A stretch of DNA of 64,000 bases from Podarcis liolepis (Eukaryota): assembly GCA_965112155.1 (NCBI GenBank), contig OZ218098.1; one strand, written 5' to 3'. Below the pieces are notes generated by a model that made no database searches, was not told where the DNA came from, and was given only the letters and a program-made list of their open reading frames with translations. Positions 36,361-49,243 of the stretch are shown one piece after another. The position numbers were made by a program, and so were the translations under genes. How positions within the stretch are numbered: position 1 is the stretch's first letter; every line of letters starts with the position of its first letter.

Positions 36361-36514
36361 GTAGCAGGTTTCCTTTTTCAAACAGCAAAGGATGCTGCAA
36401 TCAAGTATGACACTGTGTGTGGGGTCCCATACACGGCTTTGCCCCTGGCTACAATCATCTGCTCAACCAACCAGATCCCAATGCTTATACGGCGAAAAGA
36501 AGCTAAAGATTATG
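36361..36514 (+). CDS. UMPS: UMPS exon 2: [51 protein letters not shown]
   Basis: cag/gtaaaa boundaries, 154 nt; GVPYTALP and RRKExKDYG motifs. Confidence 0.96.
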
Positions 36515-36770
36515 GTAAAAAGAATCAAATTTACCTAGATCATAATATTGGCATTATAAGCAATGAATATTCAAGACAGCAAAAATATTTATAATAAATA
36601 AACAAAGTTTCCAACTTCCTCGGTAGTGTATATACAGTTTGTTGTTTTAGCATATCTAGAAAGGTAATAGTTTGATGTACATAACACGCCTGTGATTTAG
36701 GAGCCTTAGTGCAGAAGTTTAAACCACAAGTTTTTATTAACTGGTGTAGTGCACGTGCTATTTTTAATAG

Positions 36771-36999
36771 TACAGTGGTACCTCTAGTTACGAACTTAAT
36801 TCTTTCCGGTGGTCTGTTCTTAACCTGAAACTGTTCTTAACTAGAGGCGTGCTTTCGCTAATGGGGCCTCTTGCTGCCGCTGCGCCGCCAGCACACGATT
36901 TCCATTCTCATCCTGGGGTGAAGTTCTCAACTCGAGGTAACTCTTCCAGGTTAGCGGAGTTTGTAACCTGAGATGCTTGTAACTCGAGGTACCATGGTA
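36771..36999. mobile_element. Tc1/mariner (Tigger/pogo-like) MITE in UMPS intron 2
   Basis: TA + CAGTGGTACCTC...GAGGTACCATGG + TA. Confidence 0.8.
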
Positions 37000-37086
37000 G
37001 TAGCAATAATATTTTCAGTTGAGCTGGCAAGGTTGGTTTTTTTGTATCGGTAGGTTAATGAAAAATGCCCTTTTTTGCTTCAAAAG

Positions 37087-37755
37087 GTACCAAACGTCTT
37101 GTGGAGGGGACTATAAACTCAGGAGAAACTTGTCTGATCATTGAAGATGTAGTTACCACTGGTTCAAGTGTTCTGGAGACAGCAGAGACCCTTCGGAAAG
37201 AGGGGTTGAAGGTTACAGATGCTATAGTGCTTTTGGACAGAGAGCAAGGAGGGGGAGCCCTGTTGGAGAAGCATGGCATACGCCTACACTCAGTATGCAC
37301 CTTATCTAAAATTCTCAAGATCCTTGAACAGCAGGAAAAAGTTTCTCCTGAGATGGTGGCAAGAGTAGAAAAATTCATCCAGGAGAATATTATTAAACCA
37401 CCTGAGCAAAATGGTAATCCTCCCATGAAAAGAATGTGCAAAGAAATGAGCTTTGCTGCACGGGCTGAACTGCCAGACACTCATCCCCTCGCTGCACAAC
37501 TTCTCAGGCTGATGGAGAAAAAGCAGTCTAATTTGTGTCTTTCTGCTGATGTGACTAACTCCAAAGAATTGCTCCAGCTTGCTGCGACTTTGGGCCCTTC
37601 CATCTGTATCTTGAAGACTCACATTGATATTCTGGATGATTTCAGCCAAGAAATAGCCAAGGAGTTGAGAGCACTTGCAGATAAGCATGAATTCTTGATA
37701 TTTGAAGATCGCAAGTTTGCAGACATTGGAAATACTGTGAAGCATCAATATGAAG
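37087..37755 (+). CDS. UMPS: UMPS exon 3 (OPRTase PRPP loop, linker, start of OMP decarboxylase)
   Basis: aag/gtgaat boundaries, 669 nt; [11 protein letters not shown] and [14 protein letters not shown] (DxKxxD). Confidence 0.97.
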
Positions 37756-38209
37756 GTGAATTTGGCATAACTACCAACCCCTCGCTCTTCTTTTCAACCT
37801 ATAACATGTTGCATATCTCTATAGGGCTGCATATGTTCCTAATACTCTTAATTTGAAATGTTGATGTGGCCTTCGCTGACTTGAAACTAGCTCTTTATTT
37901 TCAAGCCTTCAAGGGCCTTGCTTTTGAGCTGACTTTTTTCAGATTGTATGCTATATTGAGAAAAATAATACTGAGGAAACCAAGCCTGAGGCTAGCCTAC
38001 AGGGTGCTAAAAATATAGAATATTGATATTCCATATCGTGATAGTACTGTGTAGTTATGACCTTGATAGGTGTGGAAAATATGACTCTGGACAATATTTC
38101 TACAGTGGTAATAAAAGTTTTGAAAAGGGTATCCCTGGTTAATCTCTTAAGTAGTTATCTGATTGCCAAAAAGATGCTTAACTGATACATTGTCTATTTT
38201 CTGTTTCAG

Positions 38210-38385
38210 GTGGTATTTTCAAAATAGCATCCTGGTCAGATATAGTTAATGCTCATGCTGTTCCTGGACCTGGAGTTGTTAAGGGATTGAAAGAAATAGG
38301 GCATCCTTTACAGAGAGGGTGTCTCTTGATCGGTGAGATGAGCTCAGAAGGGTCGCTGGCCACTGGTGACTATACAAAAGCTGTG
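38210..38385 (+). CDS. UMPS: UMPS exon 4: [27 protein letters not shown]...[17 protein letters not shown]
   Basis: cag/gtaagt boundaries, 176 nt, phase 1-0. Confidence 0.96.
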
Positions 38386-38974
38386 GTAAGTTGGAGCGTT
38401 CATCTCAACAAAATGCCTTGAATGGTCTAGATCTCCCACCACCACCATCTGGGAGGAGGGGGGAAGCTCTTTTGAAAAGCAGCATTTCTTGGATTTTAAT
38501 GTGCTACTTTAAGTTTCTCCAATTGGACATAGCCAGCAAAGATAATATTTGCTGGTGCTTTTTCTGGAATAGATCAGAATGGAAGTGTAGCAGCATAATA
38601 CTGCAGTGAAATTAATGTCTGAGGAAAAGTAGTGGGAGTTTACACTTCTGAAAAATGAAAAACAAAGTTCTTGGGGGGTGTGGGTAGGAATTGAGGGAAA
38701 TGGGGTGAGGCAAAGGAAGCAAGGAGGTTGTATTTGTGATTGGCATGCTCATTTGCTATTGAGATAATGGTATCCATTGTGGACGGAGGTAAGTGGATTG
38801 TATGATGTTCTGATCAGTACAGTCTCTTGATTCTTTATTGTGTTGTCTTGATTTTGTTAAGGCTGCAAGTCTTTGTGCTTGCATAATAGCACCTTGTTTA
38901 GTATTTGTTCCTCCATTCTAGAGCAAGAATGTAAAGCATTTTCTAACTGCTCTTGTTTATTTGTTTTCCTTTAG

Positions 38975-39089
38975 GTTAAAATGGCTGAGGAACACTCCGA
39001 TTTTATTCTGGGATTTATTTCTGGCTCCAGAATTATTGACAAACCTGAATTTCTTCATCTGACTCCTGGTGTTCAGATGCTGGCTGGAG
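38975..39089 (+). CDS. UMPS: UMPS exon 5: [38 protein letters not shown]
   Basis: tag/gtaaga boundaries, 115 nt; TPGV ODCase motif. Confidence 0.96.
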
Positions 39090-40117
39090 GTAAGAAATTC
39101 TGTGGCACTTTGATGGTACAAAATATTTATGAAAATACCAGAATAACTGAGATAATTCAGAGGTATGCTTGCAAATATTTCTGGTTTGTATGCTGGTGAG
39201 GGTGAGAATGCAGTCAAAGTCCCCAGTAGTTCCGGTTCAGAGTATACCCCTCCCTGTCCTAACATTGAGATTGCCTTTAGATTTGTATGTCTGGTTCTGC
39301 ATTCCCTAGCCTTGGGTGAGAGATCACATCCAAATAGTCTCAGAATTGCCCAATTCATGTACTACAGTGAGGAGAGTGGGGAAGATGATGAACAGATCTA
39401 CAGAGTTGTAATGTAGGAGTAAAACATACTAACTGTTCCACACTAGAAGCAGCCAAATAAGTGCAGTATCATAAAATACAATATACAAGCTCCCTAAATG
39501 TTAATAATGCTCTGTCCAGTATTTTCTTATTTCATTCACTGAAAACTGTAACTGGATATTAAGGTTACTGGAAATAATTTCCTACTTATCTGTGCTTGTA
39601 TGCAAGTTCAGAATTTGTAACAGCAGACAAATCACATCTCTCACATTTGTTTCCATGTGTCAGTCACTTGGTTCTGATAATAGTATAGCAGGTTTCCCCT
39701 TGCACAGTGGAACTCTCCCCTGTAGCCCCCTGAGCTACACTGTAGGGTGCTGGAGGTCCCTCCAGAGCAGATCTTAAGGGTCTGTTGGGAGAGAAATGGG
39801 AAGTCCTGCTGTATGAGTGGATCTGTGCACACATAGCCTTGGCTGCAAACCAGTCCCTGCTGGTTTGTATTGCAACCTTGCCATGCTTTAAATTATATAC
39901 AAATATCAAGGCATATTTGCCATGGATATGCCAGTGAGGCTTTATGTTTCATATTTAATCAGTGTTAATAACCCTTTAAGAAAGCTGTTATTTTGTGCTA
40001 TTTGGTTATTATTATTTGCTCTGATGTGCAGTACCTCATATTGTTGATTATCTCATCTTGGTTAAATCCTTTTAGAGCATGCTTTTTTCCTGTGCACACT
40101 TAATAGCATCTTAATAA

Positions 40118-40360
40118 TACAGTGGTACCTCAGTTTACGAACTTAATTTGTTCCGGAAGTCTGTTCTTAAACCAAAACCATTCTTAAACCGAGACACGCA
40201 TTCCCCAATGAGGCCTCCCGCCGCTGGTGCCCTTCCACCGTTCAGATTCCATTGTAAGACAGAGGTAAAGTTCTCAAACCAAGACAATGTTTCCATTTTT
40301 GCAGTTTGTAAACCAAATTGTTCTTAAACTGGACTGTTCTTAAACCGAGGTATCAGTGTA
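40118..40360. mobile_element. Tc1/mariner MITE in UMPS intron 5
   Basis: TA + CAGTGGTACCTCAGTTTA...TAAACCGAGGTATCAGTG + TA. Confidence 0.8.
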
Positions 40361-40496
40361 TAAGGATAAATCTGTACCCAGTGTTAGCGTGGGGAACACT
40401 TTTTGGAGTTCGCCAGCATTCTTGAAACTCTTTTATGAAGCAAACTACTGGAGAGCAAGCATAACATGGCATATTTGTGATTGTGATCCATTGCAG

Positions 40497-40678
40497 GTGA
40501 TAAGCTTGGGCAGAAGTACCTCAGTCCTCAGGAAGTGATTGGTAAAAGAGGTTCGGATATCATCATTGTCGGCCGTGGTATCTTATCTGCGCCCAGTCGC
40601 CCAGATGAAGCAGAGAGTTACAGGAAAGTAGCATGGGAAAGCTACTTGCAGAGAATTGGTGTCAGTGCACAAAAATAG
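40497..40678 (+). CDS. UMPS: UMPS exon 6 to stop: [32 protein letters not shown]...IGVSAQK*
   Basis: cag acceptor, DIIIVGRG motif, TAG 40676-78; total CDS 1431 nt. Confidence 0.96.
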
Positions 40679-41296
40679 CACAACTGCTGTGTTTTGTTAA
40701 GCAAGCCAAATTCTAGAAGCAGGAAGGATTGAGAAGGTAATTCTTTGTTGTTATTTTGCCTAATGAATGTTGTTGTATGTTCAAATTTTGCTATAAAGTT
40801 ATTTGAGAATCAGTACAGAAATTGTAAATTTTGACTCTGAATTCAGACAGCTGCGTGTCGTCCTCTATCCCATTTTTAAAAACACTTTAATGGGCTTTTT
40901 AAAAAAAACTCCAGTGGTTTTGCGAACCACAGAGCCATAAAGATTGTGAGAAAAGAAAAAGCTGAGCAAATCCTGATCACGTTGCTTTTGCAGTTGTTTA
41001 AAGTACTTAGTTGCTGTTCTCAGTTGTGTTAAAATGTAAGGACTGAGTGTGATAGGGCGCTAGGCCCTCTTCCACGGAGCAGTTTCTCCATCCAGCATTT
41101 GGTGCTTTAGATCATGATGTGAAATACATTTCAAAATCTTGCTCAGGTGCAGGAATTGTGTGCCTTAGGTATTCATATACTTGTGTACTACGTGGAGATG
41201 ATGCATTCCATTAATGATCTGCTACCTCAAACCACATTCGGGATCCTTGCTTCTCTAATAATTGCCTCACTGGTAAAATGCAGTGGTTGTCACAAC

Positions 41297-41302
41297 AATA
41301 AA
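41297..41302 (+). terminator. Candidate UMPS polyadenylation signal AATAAA
   Basis: First AATAAA I found downstream of the UMPS stop codon; usage unverified. Confidence 0.4.
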
Positions 41303-41668
41303 GTAAACTTCAAAAAGACTATGTTTAAATGGTATGCGAATGGGAAGGTCTTTTTGTACATTAAATACTCTGGATGATACCCAGTGGCATGGATATCCTT
41401 TTCCCCCTGAGCCCCCCCCCCAAATCTTCCATGAAATGTCCCCAACCCTCTGGAGTAGAGGAAGGGCAAGTTCACTGTGAGCAGAAGTATGTTCCACTTG
41501 CAGACAAGACAGAGTTGTGTGTCAACATACGCTTTTGTAAATGTCAAGCTCTTCTAGAACATTTGCATCCTATTTGTCTTGGCTTAGAAAGAAATGTGTA
41601 TCATTGTATAAAATTTAAGCCACCAGAGGGTGCTATAACCCTTTGTGTTTTTCAAAAGTGTCTTTACT

Positions 41669-41906
41669 TAGGGTTGCCATGCACCCGGAATTTCCCAGAC
41701 ATATTTGGAATACCGCATTCATCAGCAGTGTCTGGGCAGAAATCGCCCAACTGGGAAAATCTGGACATATGGCAGCCCATGTCGACAATGCCAATTTGGC
41801 CAATTTTTCCTTAAAATAACTGCAAAATGTCAATTTTTTGCAATCTTGCCAGAAAAAGCACAACTTTTCTGTCTGGATTTTCAATGTTTGAAATATGGCA
41901 ACCTTA
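41669..41906. mobile_element. hAT-like MITE with TAGGGTTGCCA termini
   Basis: TAGGGTTGCCAT...ATGGCAACCTTA; ctttac on both flanks (imperfect TSD); a partial inverted copy lies at ~20912-20950. Confidence 0.6.
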
Positions 41907-43540
41907 CTTTACATAGACTTGTTTATTACTGTTTGGTCTTCCACAATAACTGCCGAGAACTAAAAAACTAAACTTACCTATTGTTTAGGACTTGGCAACC
42001 ATTTTTGCTGGAATATAAATGTGAAATCAGTTGTCTGCTGTACGAAATATTTGTCATTTGTGCTGCTTTGGAGCAAAATAGACAAATGCAGATGTACTGT
42101 TCTCCTAACCATCTTTAGGTTCATGTAGGCTCAGCACTACTCTTACCATCTATTTGAGTTGCACCCCCTTTCTGTCATTGTCTGTGTATTCAGTGTAATA
42201 TCTGTGTTGATATAAGACAGTTGATGGGTCTAGCCATACTTTTAACATTTCCCTAGAGCAATGGTAGGCAGAGAGCATTTTTAAATGTGCCTGCATCACT
42301 CATATGGGTTGGTGTGAGAAAATAGAGAAGAGAAAATAGATACTCCTGAAAAGCAATAGTTGGAGATGATTGAGAGGGAAGTGTCCCAGGCTGTCCCAAG
42401 TATAAATTACTGTTTAATTGAAGTAGTAGATATTTAACAGAAAAGAACTGAGTTTTCACTTCAGAAAACAAATAAGGGGAGTTTTGTTTTGACAAAATGA
42501 TAGTTGGATCTCCTTTGTTTTGTTGCACATACCTCCTTCATTTAGATCGGACTTATTGTTAGCATACATTACTATTTGTATGTGCTTGGCCTTAATTGGC
42601 ATGGTTTTGGAAGCGGCCAAGGGAACAATGCTTTTCATTCAGGCACATCTCTGTAAAGAAATCTGTGTCCAGGGTTAATGTGCCCTATAATCTCTAATTT
42701 TACATTCCCTGGCTTCCTTCCATATGTTAGCAACATGAGAACTAGGTCACAATTTGTTTGTGTTTTTTTTTAAAAAAACTCATTTGCATAATATACCATA
42801 GGCATTCCTAGCTGAGGCAGTGAATGAATTACATTGGAGACGGGCGCTGGATGTGCTAACCTCTGCTAGTTTATAAAGCAACTTGAATTTCTTAATTGTA
42901 TCCTTTTTGTAAAATAAGGGTGGTTTTTTATGTGGCTAGATTTGACTTTTATACATTTAAGCTGATGCAGTCTTTGGCGTTGTGGTCATCAGGTGATATT
43001 TCTTGTTAGACTGGTTGCTTGGCAAACTTCTGTGCCAAGGAAATGCAGTAGCTTAATGAAGGCAAAAATATTCATTCTGCAGTTATTTACTGGCTTGCAG
43101 TACTTGTTGAAGAACCAAATCCATCAGAGATTGTTACTTCATTCAATACTAGGCACTGAGCCAACTACTCCAATATAGTGATTCTCCATAACTGGCTGTT
43201 ATTGAAATGCTCATTACAGATTATTACAGGAATGACACAAACACTTGATAGCCATTTAAATTCTGTAGTTCTGTTCCATTCTCTGTTGAAGTGTTCAATG
43301 GCCATTTCATTCAGAAGATGTAAGTGGCATGAGGTGCTTTGCAGTACCTAATTGTTGTTGTTTTCAAGTTTCCACCCCACCTTTAATTTGGCTGCTTTAC
43401 ACTTTCATTTTGAGATGAAGCTGGACCCAGTTTATTTTAACAGTGAAGGACAATTTCAGCCTTTTGTAACGTGGCCCTTTATCACTGTAATCTGTTATAT
43501 GCAACCTTTCTTTGCTATTAGCCAAACAGTGCTTTTCCAC

Positions 43541-43786
43541 TACAGTGGTACCTCGGGTTACATACGCTTCAGGTTACATACGCTTCAGGTTACAGACTCC
43601 ACTAACCCAGAAATAGTGCTTCAGGTTAAGAACTTTGCTTCAGGATGAGAACAGAAATCCTGCTCCAGTGGCGCAGTGGCAGCAGGAGGCCCCATTAGCT
43701 AAAGTGGTGCTTCAGGTTAAGAACAGTTTCAGGTTAAGAATGGACCTCCAGAACGAATTAAGTACTTAACCCGAGGTACCACTGTA
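43541..43786. mobile_element. Tc1/mariner MITE, young copy
   Basis: Perfect 18-bp TIR CAGTGGTACCTCGGGTTA / TAACCCGAGGTACCACTG with TA TSD; internal ttcaggtta repeats. Confidence 0.88.
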
Positions 43787-46248
43787 TCTCCAGCCACTAT
43801 GACATGTAAGAGACAACTTTATTTGTGTGAGTGAATTAATTAATGTGGTTAAGATGGAAAGTTCATAAGTTCTAGTATGTCAGGTAATTGTACAACTCTT
43901 CTCATTCCTCCATCAATCCTGGCTTTGATTGATGAGTGTTCTATTTTTACATGCCGTGGGCTGTTCTCTTCTTATTGGTTATGTTGCCATTATAAAGCCT
44001 TTGGAGGCCTTGAGGGAAAGGTGGCGTATAAAAATGTTAAATAAACACAGTTTGATGCTGGGTAGCAGATAGTAATTGTGTTCATTGTAGCAAACATAAA
44101 CAGCCTATTGGTCTATGTCTGCACCTACTGCTCCGGCAGGAAATGAAAATAACTTGGTTTTCTCCTGGCAAATGCATTTTGTGACCTGTAAGGGTCAGAA
44201 TGAGAGAATCAGTGGTAGCTTGGCTAGCCTTTTATTTATTTTATGTTGCCTTCTGCACTGAGGCTGTGATACAAGTCTCTTAAATTACCATAAGAAACAG
44301 ATATACTCTAATCCTCAAGAATATCAGTTTCTTTCTTTTTTAAAATTGGAGGTTTGTTTTGCAGGCTCAACTAATGGAGCAAGAAATGCTTCCAGGCATT
44401 AGGCTACACAATTAGCCTATCGGTTGTAGCCTTAAATTCATACTTGATGTATCTACACTGCACATGTAAGTGTTGGGAGTGATAGTTTAACTGGGACGTT
44501 TAAGAAACTGTCATTAAAGTCCCAACAAAATTCAATTTGCAGCTGCCTGCTATATTGAAACTGGACAATGTTTGCAGTAATATTGTATGTACAAGGGAAG
44601 TGTATAGACCCTTATTTTTATAATTGCAGAGTCACGAAATGTTTTGAGCACTGTTCTTTCCCCAGTCATTGCAAGAACTTGAAGCAGCACTTCATTAAAC
44701 TCATATTTGGATTTGTGATAATGGTCTTTGTGTGCTTAAGACCTTCATACGTGTCATATTAAACCTGAGCTGCTGCTGTGATGCTATTGTCATTACTTGG
44801 TGGAGTAGGTGCAAGTGGCTACCCCATGTGCTTTGCAGTTGTCATTTTGCTACATGTCGACTGCATGGAATAATATAAAATTTCTCCCTTCCTGGGCTGC
44901 AGTAGTCCCACCACTCACTTGATTTTGCTTTTCAGCCCATCCAATTGTTTGCCTGCTGCCACACCTCTTCATTACAGATCATTGAACAGTGAACCTAGCA
45001 ACTTTGCCCCTTGGACAAGGTGACACAGCATTAAGGCTGATTTTTTCGCGAAGAGGAAATGCAATGTCACCGCCAACAAACAGTAAGCTTTATAAAACAA
45101 AAGTACTTTATACACTGCCTCTCTGTAACTAGGCATTTAGAAACCTGATCTTAATACATTTAACACTGTGCTTCTTTAAAGATCTTTATTGTTCAGTGTT
45201 AAAGTAGATTAGGTTAAACCTAATGTGTCATATAATGAGAACTACTGAGCAGCCTTTAGAGGACTTCTAGTTGTCTCCTTTGCCAGCATGCAAAACTGGT
45301 GACATTGAACAAAAACAGAGATTACGTATCTTAAGTTTTGTGGTTAGTTGAATTATGAAAATATTAGTGTCCACACTTGGTTTTATTTTATTTTCACCAT
45401 GGGTCACGTAGTGAGCAAATAGGGGCTGATAAATTCAGGTTAAAAAGATTAACAACCAGATGCTAAGCATGTGTACTTGGAAGTTAAGTTCTGTGGGAAT
45501 TAATTCTAAATAAGCATGCTTGGAGTCAAAACATTTCCAGCTACTTAAAAGCTACTGTGACTGCTGTAATGTGGAATTTCAGATAACTGAGCAGTTTGTA
45601 AGTGTACAGGTTAACCTAAAACTGATGGGCTGAACAAGCAGTCTTCCTTGTTTATATTAATTTACATTCTGATTAAAAGTCCTTAAATACAGTGCAACAC
45701 ATCTTTCATTAAAAAAACACTTGATCATGGAAGCGAAGGAATAAGTATACTCATAGCACTTATATGCAATTGCTTTTATTTTTTTAATATAAAAATTTAT
45801 TCTAAAAACTGTTTAACACCTGGGTATTTTTTTTCAAAAAAACAATGCTTCCACCACCTTCTCCAATGCTAGTTTTTCTCCCCTAAAAACCAGCAGTGAC
45901 ACAATACCCCTATGAAATGGACCTGCATGTTTTTTTCCTACCAAGATATGGCTGAAGCTGCTATATGGCACATTGTTCAATAGGTTGGCGCTTCCGAGGC
46001 ATCAAGAGCTCCAGGTCAGTGACAACACATTCTGAGCACATCAGCGGGGCTTGGGTTAGAGATCTGCAGAGCACATGGGCTGCTACCCATTTGTCCTCAA
46101 TGTGCAATAGAAGCCATCTCCTGACATTCAAGTCAAAGTTTAGAATACTGTCCCACTGTAGAGGATTCAGTCTTCCTTTTTGGGAAGCGGTGAGGAAGCC
46201 AAGCAGTTGTCAAGCATTCCACTTTCTCTTCCACCTTCAAGCATAGTG

Positions 46249-46344
46249 TCAATCAACTGTACCATTATAGGTCCTGTTAAGCTTGTTGAATGTGAAATCT
46301 AAGCTATGGGTGGAAATAGGTTTTCGGTAAAGAGGGTTTGAAGC
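46249..46344 (-). CDS. ITGB5: ITGB5 last coding exon (cytoplasmic tail): [31 protein letters not shown]
   Basis: tag acceptor, TGA stop; NPLY motif and beta5-specific tail ending YNGTVD. Confidence 0.96.
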   Translation of the reverse strand, partial: ASNPLYRKPISTHSLDFTFNKLNRTYNGTVD

Positions 46345-47223
46345 CTACAAAAAAGAAAAAAAGGAAGTGATATAAACCGTGTATTTACAGGGAGATTAAA
46401 CTCTGGACATGCAAACCAAATGCAAGTTCCGTTAAAATCAGTGGAATCTCATTTGTTTTCTCCTCCCCTTAATGTTATTTTGCTACTCTTTCCCCATGCA
46501 CTCCTAAAGTCTGTAATAGTGTTGTGTGGGCCTAGGTGATGTATCAGTGCATCACCCAGGACCAGTATGACAGCCAGACTGTGATAGAGGCATCACCTAG
46601 CACTATATCGCTGGTAAAACCACTGTCACTCCTAAGTCCCTCTGCCATGGGGGGGGGGCTGGCAGAGGCCAGCTAGTTTGTCGCTTCAGGAGTGACTGAC
46701 TAGAAGAGCCCTCCAGTGTGAAGGTGGAGACAGGCCCCCCCCAACTGAGTGAGCCCTGATGCCTCGCTTGCTTTGGGGGGGGGTTGCCTCTCCCCACCTG
46801 ACCAGCGCAAGGAAGCCGCGCTGTCTCTCCAAGCAGGCAGGGAGCAGCCAAGCACATGGAGCCTGAGAAGCACATTCTCAAGCTCCCTGCATCTGTCTGC
46901 CTCGTGTCTTCTTCATGGGGTGACCAACCGCCCCAAGAGCAAAGCCGCAGCCTGCCCTCCTGGGCAAAGGAAATTTGAGCTGCCAGTACATTGTGGCTCT
47001 TCAGCTGCCGCCAACACAGCCGCTGCACATGTTTGCGTCCCTCCACCCAAGCCACCTCTGCCTCCCTGCACACCATTCTGGTCTCAAGCAGCCCCCATGA
47101 ATCCTTCAAAGCAAGACTTTCCCTTCCTGCTCTCTAGTCTTCAGCGCACATTTCTTCCCACCCCTATGCACTGAGCCCTTTTCCAGCTCTTTCCTGGTTT
47201 CCCCCCATGAAGTGAATGCTTAC

Positions 47224-47390
47224 CATTTCATATCTTGCCCGGGAACGCTCACTTTGGAATCTGGCAAATTCTCGCCTGTCATGAATAGTGACCAGCAGCT
47301 TCCAAATTGCCAAGAGGACAATCCCCAGGAGCACAATGCTGCCTACCACAGCCAGTAAGATCATCATGGCATCAGGGGCAGTGCTACACT
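47224..47390 (-). CDS. ITGB5: ITGB5 transmembrane exon: [56 protein letters not shown]
   Basis: cag/gtaagc boundaries, 167 nt; [13 protein letters not shown] integrin-beta motif and beta5 SERS. Confidence 0.97.
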
Positions 47391-49126
47391 CTGGCAAGGA
47401 AAAGAAAGGGACCCCGTTGATTATCATTGATAAGGACACTATCTAAATCCAGTGTAAACATAAGAACTTGCCTTTTCAAATACAGGTATTTATCAAGCCT
47501 GAAAGGTTCAGAACCAACAGCAGAATTATGATGCAGTATTTCAGAGACAACAGTTAACTAGTAACATATGATCAGCTCTGCTAATTCATTTGCAGCATAT
47601 ATATTGTTGCAGCAGCAGAGTTTTTATATATCCCAAATCCAGCAAGTGGCTACTTCTGTGCACATATAAGGTCACTGTATGGGTAATTTCACATGTATTT
47701 TTTGCTTGCTGCATGGGGCAGCTCCATATATAGCATTTTTAAGAACGGGTGGGGAACCTCAGCCTGGGCTCTTCCCAAGTTTCACCCTTTCCTCAGCCAC
47801 ACTCTTCCCAGGCCACATTCTCTTTCACACGCTCCTTGAGCATGTTTGCCTGGCTCAGAATGTGTCCTTGAACTCTGATAATGCCTCATTTGTCTAGGTG
47901 GAAGCTAGAGAGGGGAATGTGAGTGCGTATACAAACTGGCCTACTTTACATAGATAAAATTTACATCCGTTGCTCTGCCCCGTCCACCACTGGCATGCAG
48001 CCCCAAAGTTGCCTAGAAAGGAATGCCATCTGAAAATGATGCCCCACCCACTTCAAGCTCACAGCTCAGCTAATTTGACAGGAGACCAAGGCCGGGGGGG
48101 CACAACTGCATTCAATTCCCTAAAGCTAAGGTAGGGCACAATATTGCCTAACTTTTTGACTACAAAAAGTATTAATTTTTTTAAATTTTAAATCCAATAT
48201 TGGACTCTTTCCCCAAAGTCTGGAGCTGTTTAGATCAGGAGCTTTAGATTATCATGCTATACCATTGCTTATCTAGATTCTTTTTTACTTTGGTCATAGT
48301 TAGACTTAAAAATAAGGGTGGGGATTTGGGTCTAGCCAATAGGCTCCAATTGGCTCGGATGTTTCTTCTGGCAAGAATGCTTGCAACACTGAGGTAAGTT
48401 GACTTCATCATCCCATCACACAAGGTCCTTCTGATGTGCTCCAGATGTGCCTGGCACTGATTACTGACCATCAACCTTCATCCCCTCTCACTAGTATTCT
48501 GTGGACCACTCCCTGTGTGAATCTGTTCTTCTGGCTTAACCTACAAGCAGTTTTTTCCCCCATAGTGAAAATTAATTAGTGGGCAGAGCAATCCAAACCC
48601 CTCTTGTGCTCAGCTGTCTCCTCCCAGCTAAGCTGGCCTCTTGCAGGCTGCCTTCAACAGAGCAATGCAGAACTGCCCCTTTGAAATATACAGACACAAG
48701 GGAGTTCTATGGGCGGCCAGTGAAAGGTCTCAAAGCACGGTATATGGGGGGGCAGGGAGACTGAGCTAGCCTAGGATCCATCAGCATCAGGCTCAATCAC
48801 TGCACCATCTCCAGGCTGGTGCAGCAATTTAAAGCCTCACTTTCAGCCCTGGCTGTTGTGCATGGCAGGGCTGTGGAAGTGGCCCCACCACACTAAAGCC
48901 CCCAAAGGGGAAAGGCTTGGTTCGCCTTAAATACCTCAAACTGCTCGTGTGTTTTCTGCACATCTGAAAAGGGAAAGAGTATTTAGGGACAACATCCAAG
49001 CTCTTGTACCCTTAGTGGTGTTAAAAGAAGCAAAATATTCTAAGGGATTCTCCAGTCAAGTTCACAACCAAACTTTTGCCTTGGTGGTATGGACAAACAG
49101 CACAAAGCATGTACGATATAACAAAC

Positions 49127-49243
49127 CTGGTTCCTTGAGAACAGTAATGTTTGTCTTTCCACTGGTGAGTTCCGTGTAGGTGAACTTCATCACACAGTCC
49201 TTCACTGGATAAGCACACAAGACTGAATGAGGGTCATCAGTTT
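49127..49243 (-). CDS. ITGB5: ITGB5 beta-tail exon: [39 protein letters not shown]
   Basis: cag/gtttgt boundaries, 117 nt, phase 1-1. Confidence 0.93.

Noticed and set aside
37055-37748. Antisense ORFs of 141 and 148 aa
   Set aside because: Shadow frames of UMPS exon 3
46603-47174. Overlapping 168-aa and 141-aa ORFs in the last ITGB5 intron
   Set aside because: GC-rich, probably repeat-derived sequence with no recognisable domain or splice support
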